Shown: piece by piece, positions 45,791 through 55,753 of the stretch
Layout of the letters: the number at the start of each line of letters is the position of its first letter
Position numbering within the stretch: position 1 is the stretch's first letter
Assembly (NCBI GenBank): GCA_028715115.1
Contig: JAQUSN010000001.1
Location: forward strand, 133,314 to 189,066
From: Patescibacteria group bacterium
GTDB lineage: Bacteria; Patescibacteriota; Patescibacteriia; UBA2591; UBA4787
Direction of reading: 5' to 3'
Length of the DNA stretch: 55,753 nt
Translations under genes and position numbers: made by a program
Notes under the pieces: generated by a model
What the model was told of the DNA's origin: nothing
What the model saw: the letters and a program-made list of their open reading frames with translations, nothing else
The model's database searches: none

Positions 45791-47992
45791 ATGGTAAACG
45801 GAAACAAAAATAGAAAAAATCAAACTATCAAACAAAAGCCCGCTAAGGCAAAAAATCCCGAAGCGCAGCGAGTTTCGCGTTTAATTACGGCCACCGTCTT
45901 AATCGCAATTGCCATTGTGATTATTTTGGGCCTGGCCGGCGCGGCCGGACCTTTAGGAAAATATTTAGCCCTAGGATTAAAATTTATTCTAGCCTGGTCT
46001 AGCTGGTCAGTGCCGATTGCACTTTTAATTATTGCCTATAATTTAATTATTCTTCGTGAAGAGGAAAAAATCAGAAAAACCGTTTGGGTTGGCGTGATTC
46101 TTTTTGCTATTGCTCTTGCTGGTATTTTACATTTTTATTTTCTACACGATCAAACTGCCCTAAAACAACAACGTGGTGGCGGCTATCTTGGCTTTGCTTT
46201 AATCTGGTCTATGAACCAGGTGTTCGGTTTTTGGCCGAGCTTAATAATTTTAATTGCTATTTTTTTAACTAGCCTATTTTTAATCGCCACCCTCTTTGCT
46301 CATACCAAAAAATTAATTGAAGAGGCAGAAGAAGAGCCCGAAGAAGCGATCACTTCGACGGAAAAATCTTGGCTGCAAAAATTAAAAGACAAACAACAAG
46401 ACAAAAAAGAAGAAAAAGAAAAAAGAGACGCGGAGAAGGCCGCGGAAAAAGCAGCTCTAATAGAAAGTATGGCCAACGAAGAAGAGGCTAAGGCCGCAGT
46501 TAGAGACGCCTTTAAACCGATTTTTCGATCGCGGCAAATAGCTCAAAAGACTGACTTGCCTCTCGATCTTTTAGAAAAAAATAGCGCCAAACCAACCAGC
46601 GGCGATATAAAAAGCAATAAACTAATTATTCAAAAAACTTTAGAAAATTTTGGCATTTCCGTGGAAATGGGCGATGTGAAGGTTGGACCAACTGTAACTC
46701 AATATACGCTTCGACCCTACGATGGCGTAAAAATTTCACAAATCACCAGCCTAAACAATGATCTGGCTCTGGCCTTAGCCGCGCATCCAATTCGCATTGA
46801 AGCGCCAATTCCCGGCAAAGCTTTAGTGGGCATCGAAGTTCCCAACCAAGGCATTGCCATTGTTAAAATCAGGGAAATGCTGGAAACAGAAGAATTTAAA
46901 AACAGAAAAAATAACACGGCTATTGCTATTGGCAAAGACGTGGCCGGACATATTTTATTTTCTGACTTAACTAAAATGCCGCACATGCTTGTGGCTGGCG
47001 CAACCGGCAGCGGCAAAACCGTCATGCTTAATTCGATTATTATCAGCTTGCTTTATGAAAATTCTCCGGATGATTTAAAGTTTATTTTCGTTGACCCAAA
47101 AAGAGTAGAGCTTTCTTTATATAACGACTTGCCCCACCTTTTAACTCCGGTTATTACTAGCGTGCCTAAAACCGTCAATGCCTTAAAATGGGCTATCGCT
47201 GAAATGGAACATCGTTTTGATGTTATGTCTGAAGCTCGCAAGCGCGACATTCAATCCTATAATCAAGATGCCGAAGAAAAAATGCCCTACATCGTCATTG
47301 TCGTCGACGAATTAGCCGATTTAATGGTTGTGGCACCGCAAGAAATAGAAACTGGCATCATCCGTCTAGCGCAAATGGCCCGCGCAACCGGCATTCACTT
47401 GGTCTTGGCCACTCAACGGCCATCAGTTGATGTCATTACTGGTTTAATTAAAGCCAACATCACTTCGCGCATTGCCTTTTCAGTGGCCTCAATGACTGAC
47501 TCGCGCACCATCCTAGACTTTGCTGGCGCAGAAAAACTTTTAGGCCGTGGTGATATGTTATATGTTTCAGCCGACCTGTCAAAACCACGAAGGTTACAAG
47601 GCGCATACGTAAGTGATAAAGAAATAAAACGCGTAGTTGATTATTTAAGAAACATCCGCGAACCCAACTACCAAGCTGAAATTGTAGAAAAATCTTCTTC
47701 GATTGAAGGATTTGGTAGTGGTGACTTGGCCGAAGACGAACTTCTACCACAGGCTCGCGAAGAAGTTATCCGAGCTAAGCGTGCTTCAGCCTCGCTGCTA
47801 CAAAGACGATTAAGGGTTGGTTATGCCCGCGCAGCGCGCCTATTAGATTTACTGGAGATGGAAGGAACCATTGGACCGGCCGACGGCTCAAAACCCAGAG
47901 AAATTTTAAAAAATATCCTAGCTCCCGAAGGATTAGCGGTTAAAGGAGAGCGCGAGGGCGAAGAAATGCCGCAGGAGGAAGAAAAACAATAA
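45791..47992 (+). CDS. ftsK: DNA translocase FtsK/SpoIIIE
   Basis: 733 aa. N-terminal TM helices, an acidic/lysine linker, the motor domain GATGSGKT (Walker A) and VVVDELADLM (Walker B), and a C-terminal winged-helix gamma domain (LLQRRLRVGYARAARLLDLLE). Confidence 0.9.
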   Translation: MVNGNKNRKNQTIKQKPAKAKNPEAQRVSRLITATVLIAIAIVIILGLAGAAGPLGKYLALGLKFILAWSSWSVPIALLIIAYNLIILREEEKIRKTVWVGVILFAIALAGILHFYFLHDQTALKQQRGGGYLGFALIWSMNQVFGFWPSLIILIAIFLTSLFLIATLFAHTKKLIEEAEEEPEEAITSTEKSWLQKLKDKQQDKKEEKEKRDAEKAAEKAALIESMANEEEAKAAVRDAFKPIFRSRQIAQKTDLPLDLLEKNSAKPTSGDIKSNKLIIQKTLENFGISVEMGDVKVGPTVTQYTLRPYDGVKISQITSLNNDLALALAAHPIRIEAPIPGKALVGIEVPNQGIAIVKIREMLETEEFKNRKNNTAIAIGKDVAGHILFSDLTKMPHMLVAGATGSGKTVMLNSIIISLLYENSPDDLKFIFVDPKRVELSLYNDLPHLLTPVITSVPKTVNALKWAIAEMEHRFDVMSEARKRDIQSYNQDAEEKMPYIVIVVDELADLMVVAPQEIETGIIRLAQMARATGIHLVLATQRPSVDVITGLIKANITSRIAFSVASMTDSRTILDFAGAEKLLGRGDMLYVSADLSKPRRLQGAYVSDKEIKRVVDYLRNIREPNYQAEIVEKSSSIEGFGSGDLAEDELLPQAREEVIRAKRASASLLQRRLRVGYARAARLLDLLEMEGTIGPADGSKPREILKNILAPEGLAVKGEREGEEMPQEEEKQ

Positions 47993-48056
47993 ATACCAAA
48001 TTTAAAATCCAATATTTGTTTGAAATTTATAATTTTGACATTATAGTTTATTCTTC

Positions 48057-48731
48057 ATGCCTCACATATTTTTTGACGAAAGTGGTCAATTTACAACACA
48101 TAATAATGAAAACTATTTCATCGTCGCATCTTTTACCGTCGGGAATCCCAGACGAACAGAAAAACAATTTAAATCTTGGCAGAGGAGAAAATTTCCCAAA
48201 AAACTGCGCTATCAACCAGAAATTAAATTTTCTGAAGTTGAGATTAAAGACGAACTTCGTATGGCAACTCTAAAATTTATTTCCGATCTTGATGTTAGGA
48301 TTAATTTTTCCTATTTATTAAAACAAAATATTCCTGGCAATTATCATAAAAATAAAAAACTACAAAGCGGACTCTTATATACCAACATCATCGGAGAAAC
48401 AGTAGAAATGTATTTGCCCTTAGCCGATAAAGAACTTCGAGTTTTTTGCGATGAACGACATTTAAAAGGAATTAAAAAACCAATATTTGAGAAAACCCTA
48501 ATTAATAGATTGTTACCGCAATTACAAAAAGGTACAAATATTCAAATTGAGATGATTGATTCAAAAGAAAATGCTAATATCCAAATCGTCGATTGGATTG
48601 CCGGGGCACTAGCTGCTTTTTTGGAGAAAAAAGAACTTGGTAGCGGATTTTATCAAATCTTACAAAACAATATCTTAAAAGAAGGCAAAGAATTATTTAA
48701 AGATTATTGGAGCAATAAATATCAAAATTAA
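48057..48731 (+). CDS. DUF3800-family protein
   Basis: 224 aa. The N-terminal IFFDESG motif is typical of DUF3800. Confidence 0.55.
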   Translation: MPHIFFDESGQFTTHNNENYFIVASFTVGNPRRTEKQFKSWQRRKFPKKLRYQPEIKFSEVEIKDELRMATLKFISDLDVRINFSYLLKQNIPGNYHKNKKLQSGLLYTNIIGETVEMYLPLADKELRVFCDERHLKGIKKPIFEKTLINRLLPQLQKGTNIQIEMIDSKENANIQIVDWIAGALAAFLEKKELGSGFYQILQNNILKEGKELFKDYWSNKYQN

Positions 48732-48770
48732 AGATAAAAACCCTGATTTGTTAACCAAGGTTTTTATCGA

Positions 48771-48866
48771 GAAGTAGCGTCTTATAAAATGGTTATTCTG
48801 CGGCTTAAGTCTCGGATACTCCGAGGGAACACCACAGCATTTTATAAGCTATTATTGCATACTTCT
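48771..48866 (+). other. Nested three-level stem structure in the DUF3800-rfbB spacer (unclassified)
   Basis: GAAGTA/TACTTC, CTTATAAAATG/CATTTTATAAG and CTCGGA-TAC-TCCGAG are nested. Confidence 0.3.
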
Positions 48867-48944
48867 ATGAGATAATAATAGCAGATTAAGCATTAAAATC
48901 AAATCAATACTGTGGAAAACTGGTGGACTTAAAATACAATAAAA

Positions 48945-49916
48945 ATGACTAAAAAAATAAAAACAATTCTTATCACCGGCGGCTGCGGCTTTATCGGATC
49001 AAATTTCATCCGATATTTTTTGGCCAAACATTCCAACTATCGCATTATCAATTTAGATAAACTGACCTATGCCGGCCGAAAAGAAAACTTAAAAGACTTG
49101 GCAGGCCATCCGCGCTATAAATTTATCAAAGGTGATGTTTGCGATAAAAAAATCGTTGAGCTGTTAGTCAAAAAATCTGAAGAAATAATTCATTTTGCCG
49201 CTGAATCGCATGTAGATCGCTCAATCGAAGGACCGGAAACATTTTTACGCACCAATATTTTTGGCACCTATGTTTTACTTGAAGCAGCGCGCAAATACAA
49301 GATTAAAAAATTCCTTTTTATATCAACTGACGAAGTTTATGGCAGCATTAAAAGCGGAAAATTTTGTGAAACCAGCAACCTGGCCCCCAATAGCCCCTAC
49401 TCGGTCTCCAAAACTAGTGCCGACCTGCTTTGCCGAGCCTATTTCAAAACATATGGACTGCCAATTTTAATTACTCGCTCTTCCAATAATTTCGGCCCGT
49501 ACCAATTTCCAGAAAAGGTTATTCCTTTGTTTATCACCAATTTAATGCGTAACAAAAAAGTGCCGCTTTATGGCACAGGCAAAAACGTCCGCGACTGGAT
49601 TTATGTGCTTGATAATTGCACTGGCATTGATTTTGTCAGACAGCATGGCAAATTCGGCGAAATTTATAACATCGGCGGCGGCAATGAATTGCCTAACGTT
49701 GTTTTAACTAAATCAATCTTAAAAGCTTTAAAGAAGGATAATTCTTGGATTCAACCGGTAGCCGACCGTTTAGGCCACGATTGGCGCTACGCTCTTGATT
49801 GCACAAAAATAAAAAAACTCGGTTGGCAACCAAAATATAATTTTGAAAAAGCCATTGATGAAACTATTAAATGGTATGTTAATAATCCGTGGTGGTGGAA
49901 GCCGTTAATTAAATGA
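48945..49916 (+). CDS. rfbB: dTDP-glucose 4,6-dehydratase
   Basis: 323 aa. TGGCGFIGSNF, STDEVYG, YSVSK, and a family-typical C-terminus. Confidence 0.85.
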   Translation: MTKKIKTILITGGCGFIGSNFIRYFLAKHSNYRIINLDKLTYAGRKENLKDLAGHPRYKFIKGDVCDKKIVELLVKKSEEIIHFAAESHVDRSIEGPETFLRTNIFGTYVLLEAARKYKIKKFLFISTDEVYGSIKSGKFCETSNLAPNSPYSVSKTSADLLCRAYFKTYGLPILITRSSNNFGPYQFPEKVIPLFITNLMRNKKVPLYGTGKNVRDWIYVLDNCTGIDFVRQHGKFGEIYNIGGGNELPNVVLTKSILKALKKDNSWIQPVADRLGHDWRYALDCTKIKKLGWQPKYNFEKAIDETIKWYVNNPWWWKPLIK

Positions 49917-49920
49917 TTTT

Positions 49921-51024
49921 ATGTCTCGCATTTTTATCGCCATCGCCGTTATTTTTCTCGCCCTTAGCCTTTTGGTCGCCGGGGCTTGTTTTTTGGCCAG
50001 TCGCGATACTTTAGCGCAATTTGTTCCTCAAGGAACATCTTTTTATTTACATTTTAATTTTAATCCCCTAAATAGCCAGGGACAAGCAGCCGCAAAATAT
50101 TTTAATCAAAACTGGCCGCAGAAATCACTTGATCAATTATTAACCAGCGAATGGTCTTTTGTTAAGAACTATCTTAATAGAGATAAAATCGGACAAATTG
50201 ATGAACTGGCTATTGCTGTTGTCGATAATCAGCCATTAATTTTAATGAGATATAAGGCTAATTATGCCAATTTTATGCCCCTGGTCTTAAACCAAAATAA
50301 GACCAATAATTATTATCAATTTTTAACGCCCACTATTTTTGTCGCTTCTAACCAAAAAACCAATCTTGGTAAGGTAAATAGGCAAACCAATAGCTGGCAA
50401 AATCAGTTTAAAAATATATCTTTAAGGTCTTTTGTTTCCGGTCGATTGCAAAGTTGGACAATTAAGGCTACGCTAGCCAAGAACGGCCTTAATTTTTATG
50501 CCTTAAATGAACAAAAGGTACACAAAGCTGACTTGCCGGAAAAAATCAACCAATTTCTAGCTTACGTTATTGCCGCGCCTCAAAACCAGGAAGAATACGT
50601 TTATTTTTTACCAAATCAATCGCAAACTTCTTTGGAACAAGTCCAAAATATTTTCCAAAGAAGACTAGCTCTCCTGTTCCCGATTAAAAAATCAAAAACC
50701 TTACCCGACAAAACTATTATCAATGAAATAGTCGCCGATCCAAGCCTTTTCAAATTCCAAAACATCACCATCGACGGACAAAATGCCTACAAACTAAATA
50801 TTGATAAGGCGAAGGCTGTTGTTTTCTTGGGTCGATTTCAAAATTGCATTTTACTAAGTAATGACCAGGTTATTTTAGAAAAATTTTTAAAGCAACCCCT
50901 TCAGATTAATTTTTCTGAAGCCTTTTATTGGCAAAACCAGGCCATGGTTGTTCAGGGTCAATCTGCTAATAGCCAGAAATATCAAGGCCAAAACAGCGTC
51001 CGTGGATTAATTTACTTCAAATAG
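49921..51024 (+). CDS. Hypothetical membrane-anchored protein
   Basis: 367 aa. N-terminal TM helix, Asn/Gln-rich. No recognisable motif. Confidence 0.4.
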   Translation: MSRIFIAIAVIFLALSLLVAGACFLASRDTLAQFVPQGTSFYLHFNFNPLNSQGQAAAKYFNQNWPQKSLDQLLTSEWSFVKNYLNRDKIGQIDELAIAVVDNQPLILMRYKANYANFMPLVLNQNKTNNYYQFLTPTIFVASNQKTNLGKVNRQTNSWQNQFKNISLRSFVSGRLQSWTIKATLAKNGLNFYALNEQKVHKADLPEKINQFLAYVIAAPQNQEEYVYFLPNQSQTSLEQVQNIFQRRLALLFPIKKSKTLPDKTIINEIVADPSLFKFQNITIDGQNAYKLNIDKAKAVVFLGRFQNCILLSNDQVILEKFLKQPLQINFSEAFYWQNQAMVVQGQSANSQKYQGQNSVRGLIYFK

Positions 51025-51133
51025 CTGTGGAAAAGGCTCTTGCTTTTTTATTAAAAAGCGTTAGAATTTAATTCTAAGATTGGTTAAGCCAAAATCTTAT
51101 TTTTTTAACTTTTGATTTTTGATTTTATATCGT

Positions 51134-51499
51134 ATGAACAAAAAATTAGCCGAAGAAATGCAGGCGTCTTTATTACAAATTAAGGCAGGCCTAGAAAAAT
51201 CCATGGAAGATGTTGCTCAAAAAAGCAACCGCGTTAAGGATACTTATGAAGCCAAATTCCCGGAATATGGAACCTCTGAAGAAGAGGGTGCTGATGAAGT
51301 CTCTACTTTTATCGATCGGCTGTCTTTGGGCGAAAACATGGGCCACAATCTACAAGAAATTGATTTAGCTCTAGATAAAATTAAAAATGGCACCTATGGC
51401 ATTTGTGAAGAATGCCATCGCGACATAGATCAACAAAGACTAAAGGCTATGCCGACCGCGCGCTGGTGCTTAAAGTGCAAAAATAAATTAAATAAATAA
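51134..51499 (+). CDS. DksA/TraR-family C4 zinc-finger protein
   Basis: Start moved to ATG 51134. CEEC...17 aa...CLKC in the C-terminal region after a coiled-coil segment. Confidence 0.7.
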   Translation: MNKKLAEEMQASLLQIKAGLEKSMEDVAQKSNRVKDTYEAKFPEYGTSEEEGADEVSTFIDRLSLGENMGHNLQEIDLALDKIKNGTYGICEECHRDIDQQRLKAMPTARWCLKCKNKLNK

Positions 51500-51598
51500 A
51501 GCCCTTTCTGCTGAAATTTTAGAACAAAGGGCGGAATCCACCAAAGCCCAAAAATTCCCGGAAAATAAATTATAAACCACCTTACTAATTAAATATTT

Positions 51599-52099
51599 AT
51601 GTTTGAACCAGAGCTGGCGTCGGTGGATAAATCGAAAATTACTATGCGCCACAAATATCTTGGGATTAATTTAATAATCCTGGGATTTTTTGTTTTAGAT
51701 AGAATTTTAAAGGCCATTTTTTTGGCTAAAAATTCACTGCTTAATTTAGGCCCGATCAATTTATCTCTGACCAAAAACCCGCAAACAGCCTTCGGCTACT
51801 TACAGCCAAGCGCTTTATTCTATATTATTATTATTATACTAATCAGCTTTTTAATTTATAAACTTTACCAAGCCTACCAATCACAAGAAATTTGGTCAAT
51901 CTGGGCATATACCTTGGTAATTATCGGCGGATTTAGTAATTTACTAGATCGAATTAAATATGGCTTTGTTGTTGATTACGTTTATATTGGTCATTTGTCG
52001 TTTTTTAATTTAGCTGACCTAATGATCAGCGCCGGAATTATTGTCTTAATTATTTATTGCATCCATTCCGGTCGCTTGGCTAAAATAAAAAATAATTAA
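51599..52099 (+). CDS. lspA: Lipoprotein signal peptidase (signal peptidase II)
   Basis: 166 aa with 4 TM helices. GGFSNLLDR and [11 protein letters not shown] motifs. The start could alternatively be the ATG at 51644. Confidence 0.8.
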   Translation: MFEPELASVDKSKITMRHKYLGINLIILGFFVLDRILKAIFLAKNSLLNLGPINLSLTKNPQTAFGYLQPSALFYIIIIILISFLIYKLYQAYQSQEIWSIWAYTLVIIGGFSNLLDRIKYGFVVDYVYIGHLSFFNLADLMISAGIIVLIIYCIHSGRLAKIKNN

Positions 52100-52113
52100 T
52101 CGTAAAAAGCATT

Positions 52114-53037
52114 ATGGAAAAAATGCATCATCAACCATTTGAAGGCACCGAAAACTGGTTTAACGAAAATCTGCCAATCTCTCAAGAACAAATGAAAGAA
52201 AGGTATGATTTTTGGGCTGGAGGCGATATTGAAGTTGAACCAGTTATAACAAAACCCCAAGAACTTTTGGCTGTTAGTCTTTTGTTAAACAAGGCTTGTT
52301 TGCCTGACATAAAAAATTTATCTTTATCAACTTTGCATCTTTTACAAAAATCTATTCGCAGCTGTTATGCCCAATCTGGTATAGAAATAATTCCAGAAAT
52401 AGGTAAACTAACTCCCGAAGACATTGATAAAATAAAGGCCGGCGAAACAATTGGTTGTCCGGCTATGGTTTTAAGTCACAGCCTACGGCCCATAAATCTT
52501 AAGGGGCGGGTAATGCGCTTCTTTTGGACCAACACCGAGGCATGTTTAATAAAAAATAATTTAATCGAAACAGTTAGAGATAAAATGGCCATTAAGGGCA
52601 TCGAGGGTAAAGATTGGTGGTTTGGCGAAGAAGTCATCGATGAAGAAACCAAAAGAGTCTTTGGCGAAGATGTTCCCAGGTCTAGCCAGCCGAGCGACGC
52701 ACTAACCTTGTGTCTTAAAATTCAAGAAAAAAGACTGTGGTATCCGCCGGGCGATGAACCAATTAGCGTAGATAGCCGCGCCGATTTAGCTAAACATATA
52801 GAGCCAATTCCTGACGGCATAGACCCGTATTTTATAATCGGAGAGACGCCCTGGATCTCGTTTCCTAAAGATATAGTCGGCGTTTTAAATCTTGGCGCTC
52901 ATGATAGAACCAGTGCCCGCCACGCTCATTCTCCTTTGATTGACCCTGGTTTTGAGGGTCCGATTCGTTTAGAACTTATAAATGGCCCTCGACATCCAGA
53001 TTATGTCGAGTTGCTTATTTATCAAATAAGGAAATAA
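52114..53037 (+). CDS. Protein with C-terminal dCTP-deaminase/dUTPase-fold-like domain
   Basis: 307 aa. The C-terminal segment TSARHAHSPLIDPGFEGPIRLELIN resembles the Dcd motif SS.AR.G...H....IDPGF.G..TLE..N. The N-terminal 180 aa are unassigned. Confidence 0.4.
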   Translation: MEKMHHQPFEGTENWFNENLPISQEQMKERYDFWAGGDIEVEPVITKPQELLAVSLLLNKACLPDIKNLSLSTLHLLQKSIRSCYAQSGIEIIPEIGKLTPEDIDKIKAGETIGCPAMVLSHSLRPINLKGRVMRFFWTNTEACLIKNNLIETVRDKMAIKGIEGKDWWFGEEVIDEETKRVFGEDVPRSSQPSDALTLCLKIQEKRLWYPPGDEPISVDSRADLAKHIEPIPDGIDPYFIIGETPWISFPKDIVGVLNLGAHDRTSARHAHSPLIDPGFEGPIRLELINGPRHPDYVELLIYQIRK

Positions 53038-53090
53038 AAAGTTAAATAAAAAAGAGATCATCAATAGATCTCTTTTTTATTATAAAAAAT

Positions 53091-53660
53091 TTATTTAAAT
53101 AATAATTGGCTGGCCTTATATTTATCTTTGATAATTTTTTTAGCCATCGGGCTTAATTTTTTATAACTGCGATTAAGCTTTTCTCTCAACCATATTTCGG
53201 CCTGATTAATAGTCATTTGGTAGCGACGACTATTAAAAGCGTGATATAACAAAGAAGCAATGCAGTCAAAATGAGCCATGGAATCAGCATCAGCTAAACA
53301 GCGGGCTTCTTTGGTTAGTTTTTTAGCTAGTACGCTACCGCGATGAGTTAAAATACAATATTGGACTCGCGCGGTTTTGTCTTGAGGATAGCCTAGCTTT
53401 TTTAAAATTTTTTCCGCTAATCTGGCTCCATGAATGTGGTGATCTTTGTGCAATTTATTTGATTTAACACTGGCATAATCATGAAGCAAAGCGGCGAGCT
53501 CAACAATCTCCGCATCAGCGCCAGTTGCTCGCGCCATTAATTTAGCATATTTGACTGCTGGCAAAAAATGATAAGTCCAGGCGCTTGAGCCGGCGTAATT
53601 AGTAGGCTTTTTACAAGCCGCTTCAACGATTTTGGCTACCCTGGTGGTAATCATAATCAT
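53091..53660 (-). CDS. HD-domain phosphohydrolase
   Basis: 189 aa. LLHD, HHIHGA and DADSMAHFD motifs. Confidence 0.7.
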   Translation of the reverse strand: MIMITTRVAKIVEAACKKPTNYAGSSAWTYHFLPAVKYAKLMARATGADAEIVELAALLHDYASVKSNKLHKDHHIHGARLAEKILKKLGYPQDKTARVQYCILTHRGSVLAKKLTKEARCLADADSMAHFDCIASLLYHAFNSRRYQMTINQAEIWLREKLNRSYKKLSPMAKKIIKDKYKASQLLFK

Positions 53661-54856
53661 TTTAATAATTCTAACGCTTTATTTAATTGCGGATCTTTAT
53701 CCGCATTATAATCTTCGTCGGTTAATGTAACTTTAATATCAGGCGCAATGCCGGTTTCATTTATCTGGCGATTTTTTGGCGTATACCAATAAGCAGTCGT
53801 CACTTTAATTGCCGAACCGCCGGGCAAATTGATCAGCTCTTGAACCGAACCCTTGCCAAAGGTCGTCTCGCCAACCAATGTCGCCCTACGAGCATCTTGC
53901 AGGGCACCGGCCAAAATTTCTGCCGCCGAGGCCGTCCCACCATTAACCAAGACAATCGTCTTTAAGTTAGCCAATTCGCCACGGCCCTGTGACTTATAGG
54001 TTTGAACCAGGCCTTGAGCGTCTTTAGAGGTAACAATGGTTTGACTGGGCAACCAATAACCGCCGATTTCAACTGCGCTTTCAAGATAACCGCCCGGATT
54101 ATTACGCAAATCTAAAATAAGATTTTTAGGATTTTTAGCTAAAATCCCCTTAACTGCGTTGGCCGTATCTTTAACCGTATCACTGTTAAAATGAGAAATT
54201 TTTAAATAAGCGGTTGAAGTGTTCCTCATCTCCCATTCCACGGTCTTTACTTCTATTTTAGCGCGAACAATTTCTATGTCTTTAGCTTGAGGCCAACCTA
54301 ATCGACCAATAGTTAAAATTACTTTGGTGCCGCTTTTGCCGCGAATCAAGCTCGAAGCATAGTCAATCGACATATCTGAAGTATCAAGATGATTAATGCC
54401 AATGATTTTATCTCCGGCTTTCAGACCAGCCTTGGCGGCTGGTGTGTTGGGTAAAGGAGCAATAACGGTCATTTGATTTTTCTTAATGCCAATTTCAATG
54501 CCAATGCCTTCGAACGACCCGGCTATTTCATTTTCGAATTTTGTCGCCGTGGCCGGATCAAGATAAACCGAATAAGGATCTTTGAGCGCGCTAACAACGC
54601 CCCTTAAACTGCCATAAAATAAATCCTGATCAGAAACCGGCTGCTTAACATAATTATTTTTTGCAATTTGCCAAACTTGCTGGAATAGGCCCGCATCTAA
54701 GCCCTTGCTCGTTAAAAATGGCAAAAGCAAAGTTGAACCAGCTGGGCTTTGTGACGAGGTATTATGTAAAATAGTCAAATAAGCGGTATAATAGCCGGCC
54801 GTTAAACCGAATACAAAAATTAGAATCAAGGTCAAAATTAATGTTCTTCTTTTCAT
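53657..54856 (-). CDS. S41-family carboxy-terminal processing protease with PDZ domain
   Basis: 399 aa. N-terminal TM helix, PDZ (PAAKAGLKAGDKI), catalytic region NGGTASAAEILAGALQD. Confidence 0.85.
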   Translation of the reverse strand: MKRRTLILTLILIFVFGLTAGYYTAYLTILHNTSSQSPAGSTLLLPFLTSKGLDAGLFQQVWQIAKNNYVKQPVSDQDLFYGSLRGVVSALKDPYSVYLDPATATKFENEIAGSFEGIGIEIGIKKNQMTVIAPLPNTPAAKAGLKAGDKIIGINHLDTSDMSIDYASSLIRGKSGTKVILTIGRLGWPQAKDIEIVRAKIEVKTVEWEMRNTSTAYLKISHFNSDTVKDTANAVKGILAKNPKNLILDLRNNPGGYLESAVEIGGYWLPSQTIVTSKDAQGLVQTYKSQGRGELANLKTIVLVNGGTASAAEILAGALQDARRATLVGETTFGKGSVQELINLPGGSAIKVTTAYWYTPKNRQINETGIAPDIKVTLTDEDYNADKDPQLNKALELLK

Positions 54857-54875
54857 AAATAACTAAAAAATATTT

Positions 54876-55753
54876 TTAAAAAAATCCCTTTTTAAAACCT
54901 AAATGCTGATAAGCCTTGTCAGTGGCCACGCGGCCGCGAGCAGTGCGATGCAAAAATCCGCTTTGAATTAAATATGGTTCATAAATTTCTTCCATGGCCT
55001 CTAGTTCTTCGCCGCAAGCAATAGCCAGCGATTTTACTCCCACCGGTCCACCTTTAAATTTTTCTATCATCACAGTTAAAATTTTTCTATCCATTGGATT
55101 AAGCCCAGCCGAATCAATCTCCAGCATCTCCAGCGCCCCATCTACTACGTTTTGATCGATAGTTTGGTGCTGGTGGACCTGGGCAAAATCACGCACCCGC
55201 TTAAGCAACCGATTGGCGATACGCGGTGTGTAGCGAGCGCGCTTGGCAATTTCTTGCGCTGCCTCATCGTCTAATTTAATACCTAAAATCTTAGCTGAAC
55301 GTTTGATGATTTTTTTTATATCTTCGACTTGATAAAAATCAAGCTGATAAACTGCACCAAAACGATCTCGCAAAGGAGAAGAAAGCATCGAGGGCCGGGT
55401 GGTAGCGCCGATTAAAGTAAAACGCGGCAGGTCTAGGCGCAAAGTTTTAGCCGCCGGGCCTTTACCTAAGACCAAGTCAATGCCAAAGTCTTCCATGGCC
55501 GGATAAAGCACTTCTTCGATTACTCTATTTAAGCGATGAATCTCGTCAATAAATAAAATGTCTCCGTTGTTAAGGTTAGTCAAAATAGAAGCCAAATCTC
55601 CGGCACGCTCCAAGGCTGGACCAGAAGTAATTCTGATATTCACGTTCGTTTCTTTGGCGATAATATAGGCCATGGTCGTTTTGCCTAGACCTGGGCCACC
55701 ATTTAATAAAACATGCTCAAGCGCTTGTTCGCGTTCTTTGGCTGCTTGAATAA
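54876..55753 (-). CDS. ruvB: Holliday junction helicase RuvB (N-terminus outside window)
   Basis: The frame stays open beyond the tracked Met to the window edge and encodes [12 protein letters not shown] (Walker A). [10 protein letters not shown] (Walker B), sensor and winged-helix regions are present. Confidence 0.9.
   Translation of the reverse strand, partial: IQAAKEREQALEHVLLNGGPGLGKTTMAYIIAKETNVNIRITSGPALERAGDLASILTNLNNGDILFIDEIHRLNRVIEEVLYPAMEDFGIDLVLGKGPAAKTLRLDLPRFTLIGATTRPSMLSSPLRDRFGAVYQLDFYQVEDIKKIIKRSAKILGIKLDDEAAQEIAKRARYTPRIANRLLKRVRDFAQVHQHQTIDQNVVDGALEMLEIDSAGLNPMDRKILTVMIEKFKGGPVGVKSLAIACGEELEAMEEIYEPYLIQSGFLHRTARGRVATDKAYQHLGFKKGFF

Overview
The window looks like an AT-rich, compact bacterial chromosome segment, probably Patescibacteria/CPR-like. 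That placement is an inference from four things: a 23S-5S operon with no adjacent 16S, extra hairpins in the 23S, abundant small GIY-YIG ORFs, and native genes without Shine-Dalgarno (SD) sequences.

Ordinary content, left to right:
- A SpoIID-like gene, then tRNA-Pro and tRNA-Gly.
- A minus-strand operon: thioredoxin-like, CcdA, LutA-like, GIY-YIG, LutB-like.
- A rearranged tRNA cluster (Phe, Val, Ala).
- A roughly 22-kb cell-surface polysaccharide locus (9.1-32.5 kb). It has a bacillosamine-like PglC/D/E/F set, a WbuX/Y/Z-type acetamidino module, four glycosyltransferase/methyltransferase pairs and two Wzy/O-antigen-ligase-like proteins.
- A 23S-5S rRNA operon with its own promoter and a boxA.
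- An EndoQ-like plus SPL-type radical SAM pair.
- ychF, ftsK, rfbB, a dksA-like gene, lspA, an S41 protease and ruvB (3' end of the window).

Unexplained content:
1. Two clusters of GC-rich, GC3-rich orphan genes or RNAs (about 6.0-8.4 kb and 40.5-44.8 kb). Each is insulated by a near-consensus TTGACA-N16/17-TAnAAT promoter, a strong AGGAGG-type SD (often with a GTG or TTG start) and a GC hairpin terminator. The AT-rich native genes show no SD.
2. Two paralogous GC-rich genes that share a 43-nt leader stem-loop with compensatory base changes and terminators shaped like a tRNA top half.
3. Two perfect parS palindromes in a 540-bp ORF-free AT-rich spacer.
4. A tRNA-Phe locus that is a mosaic of an intact gene, a 12-nt 5' fragment and a decayed hairpin-invaded copy, wrapped around a GIY-YIG ORF.

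No CRISPR array, integrase, transposase or reverse transcriptase was seen.
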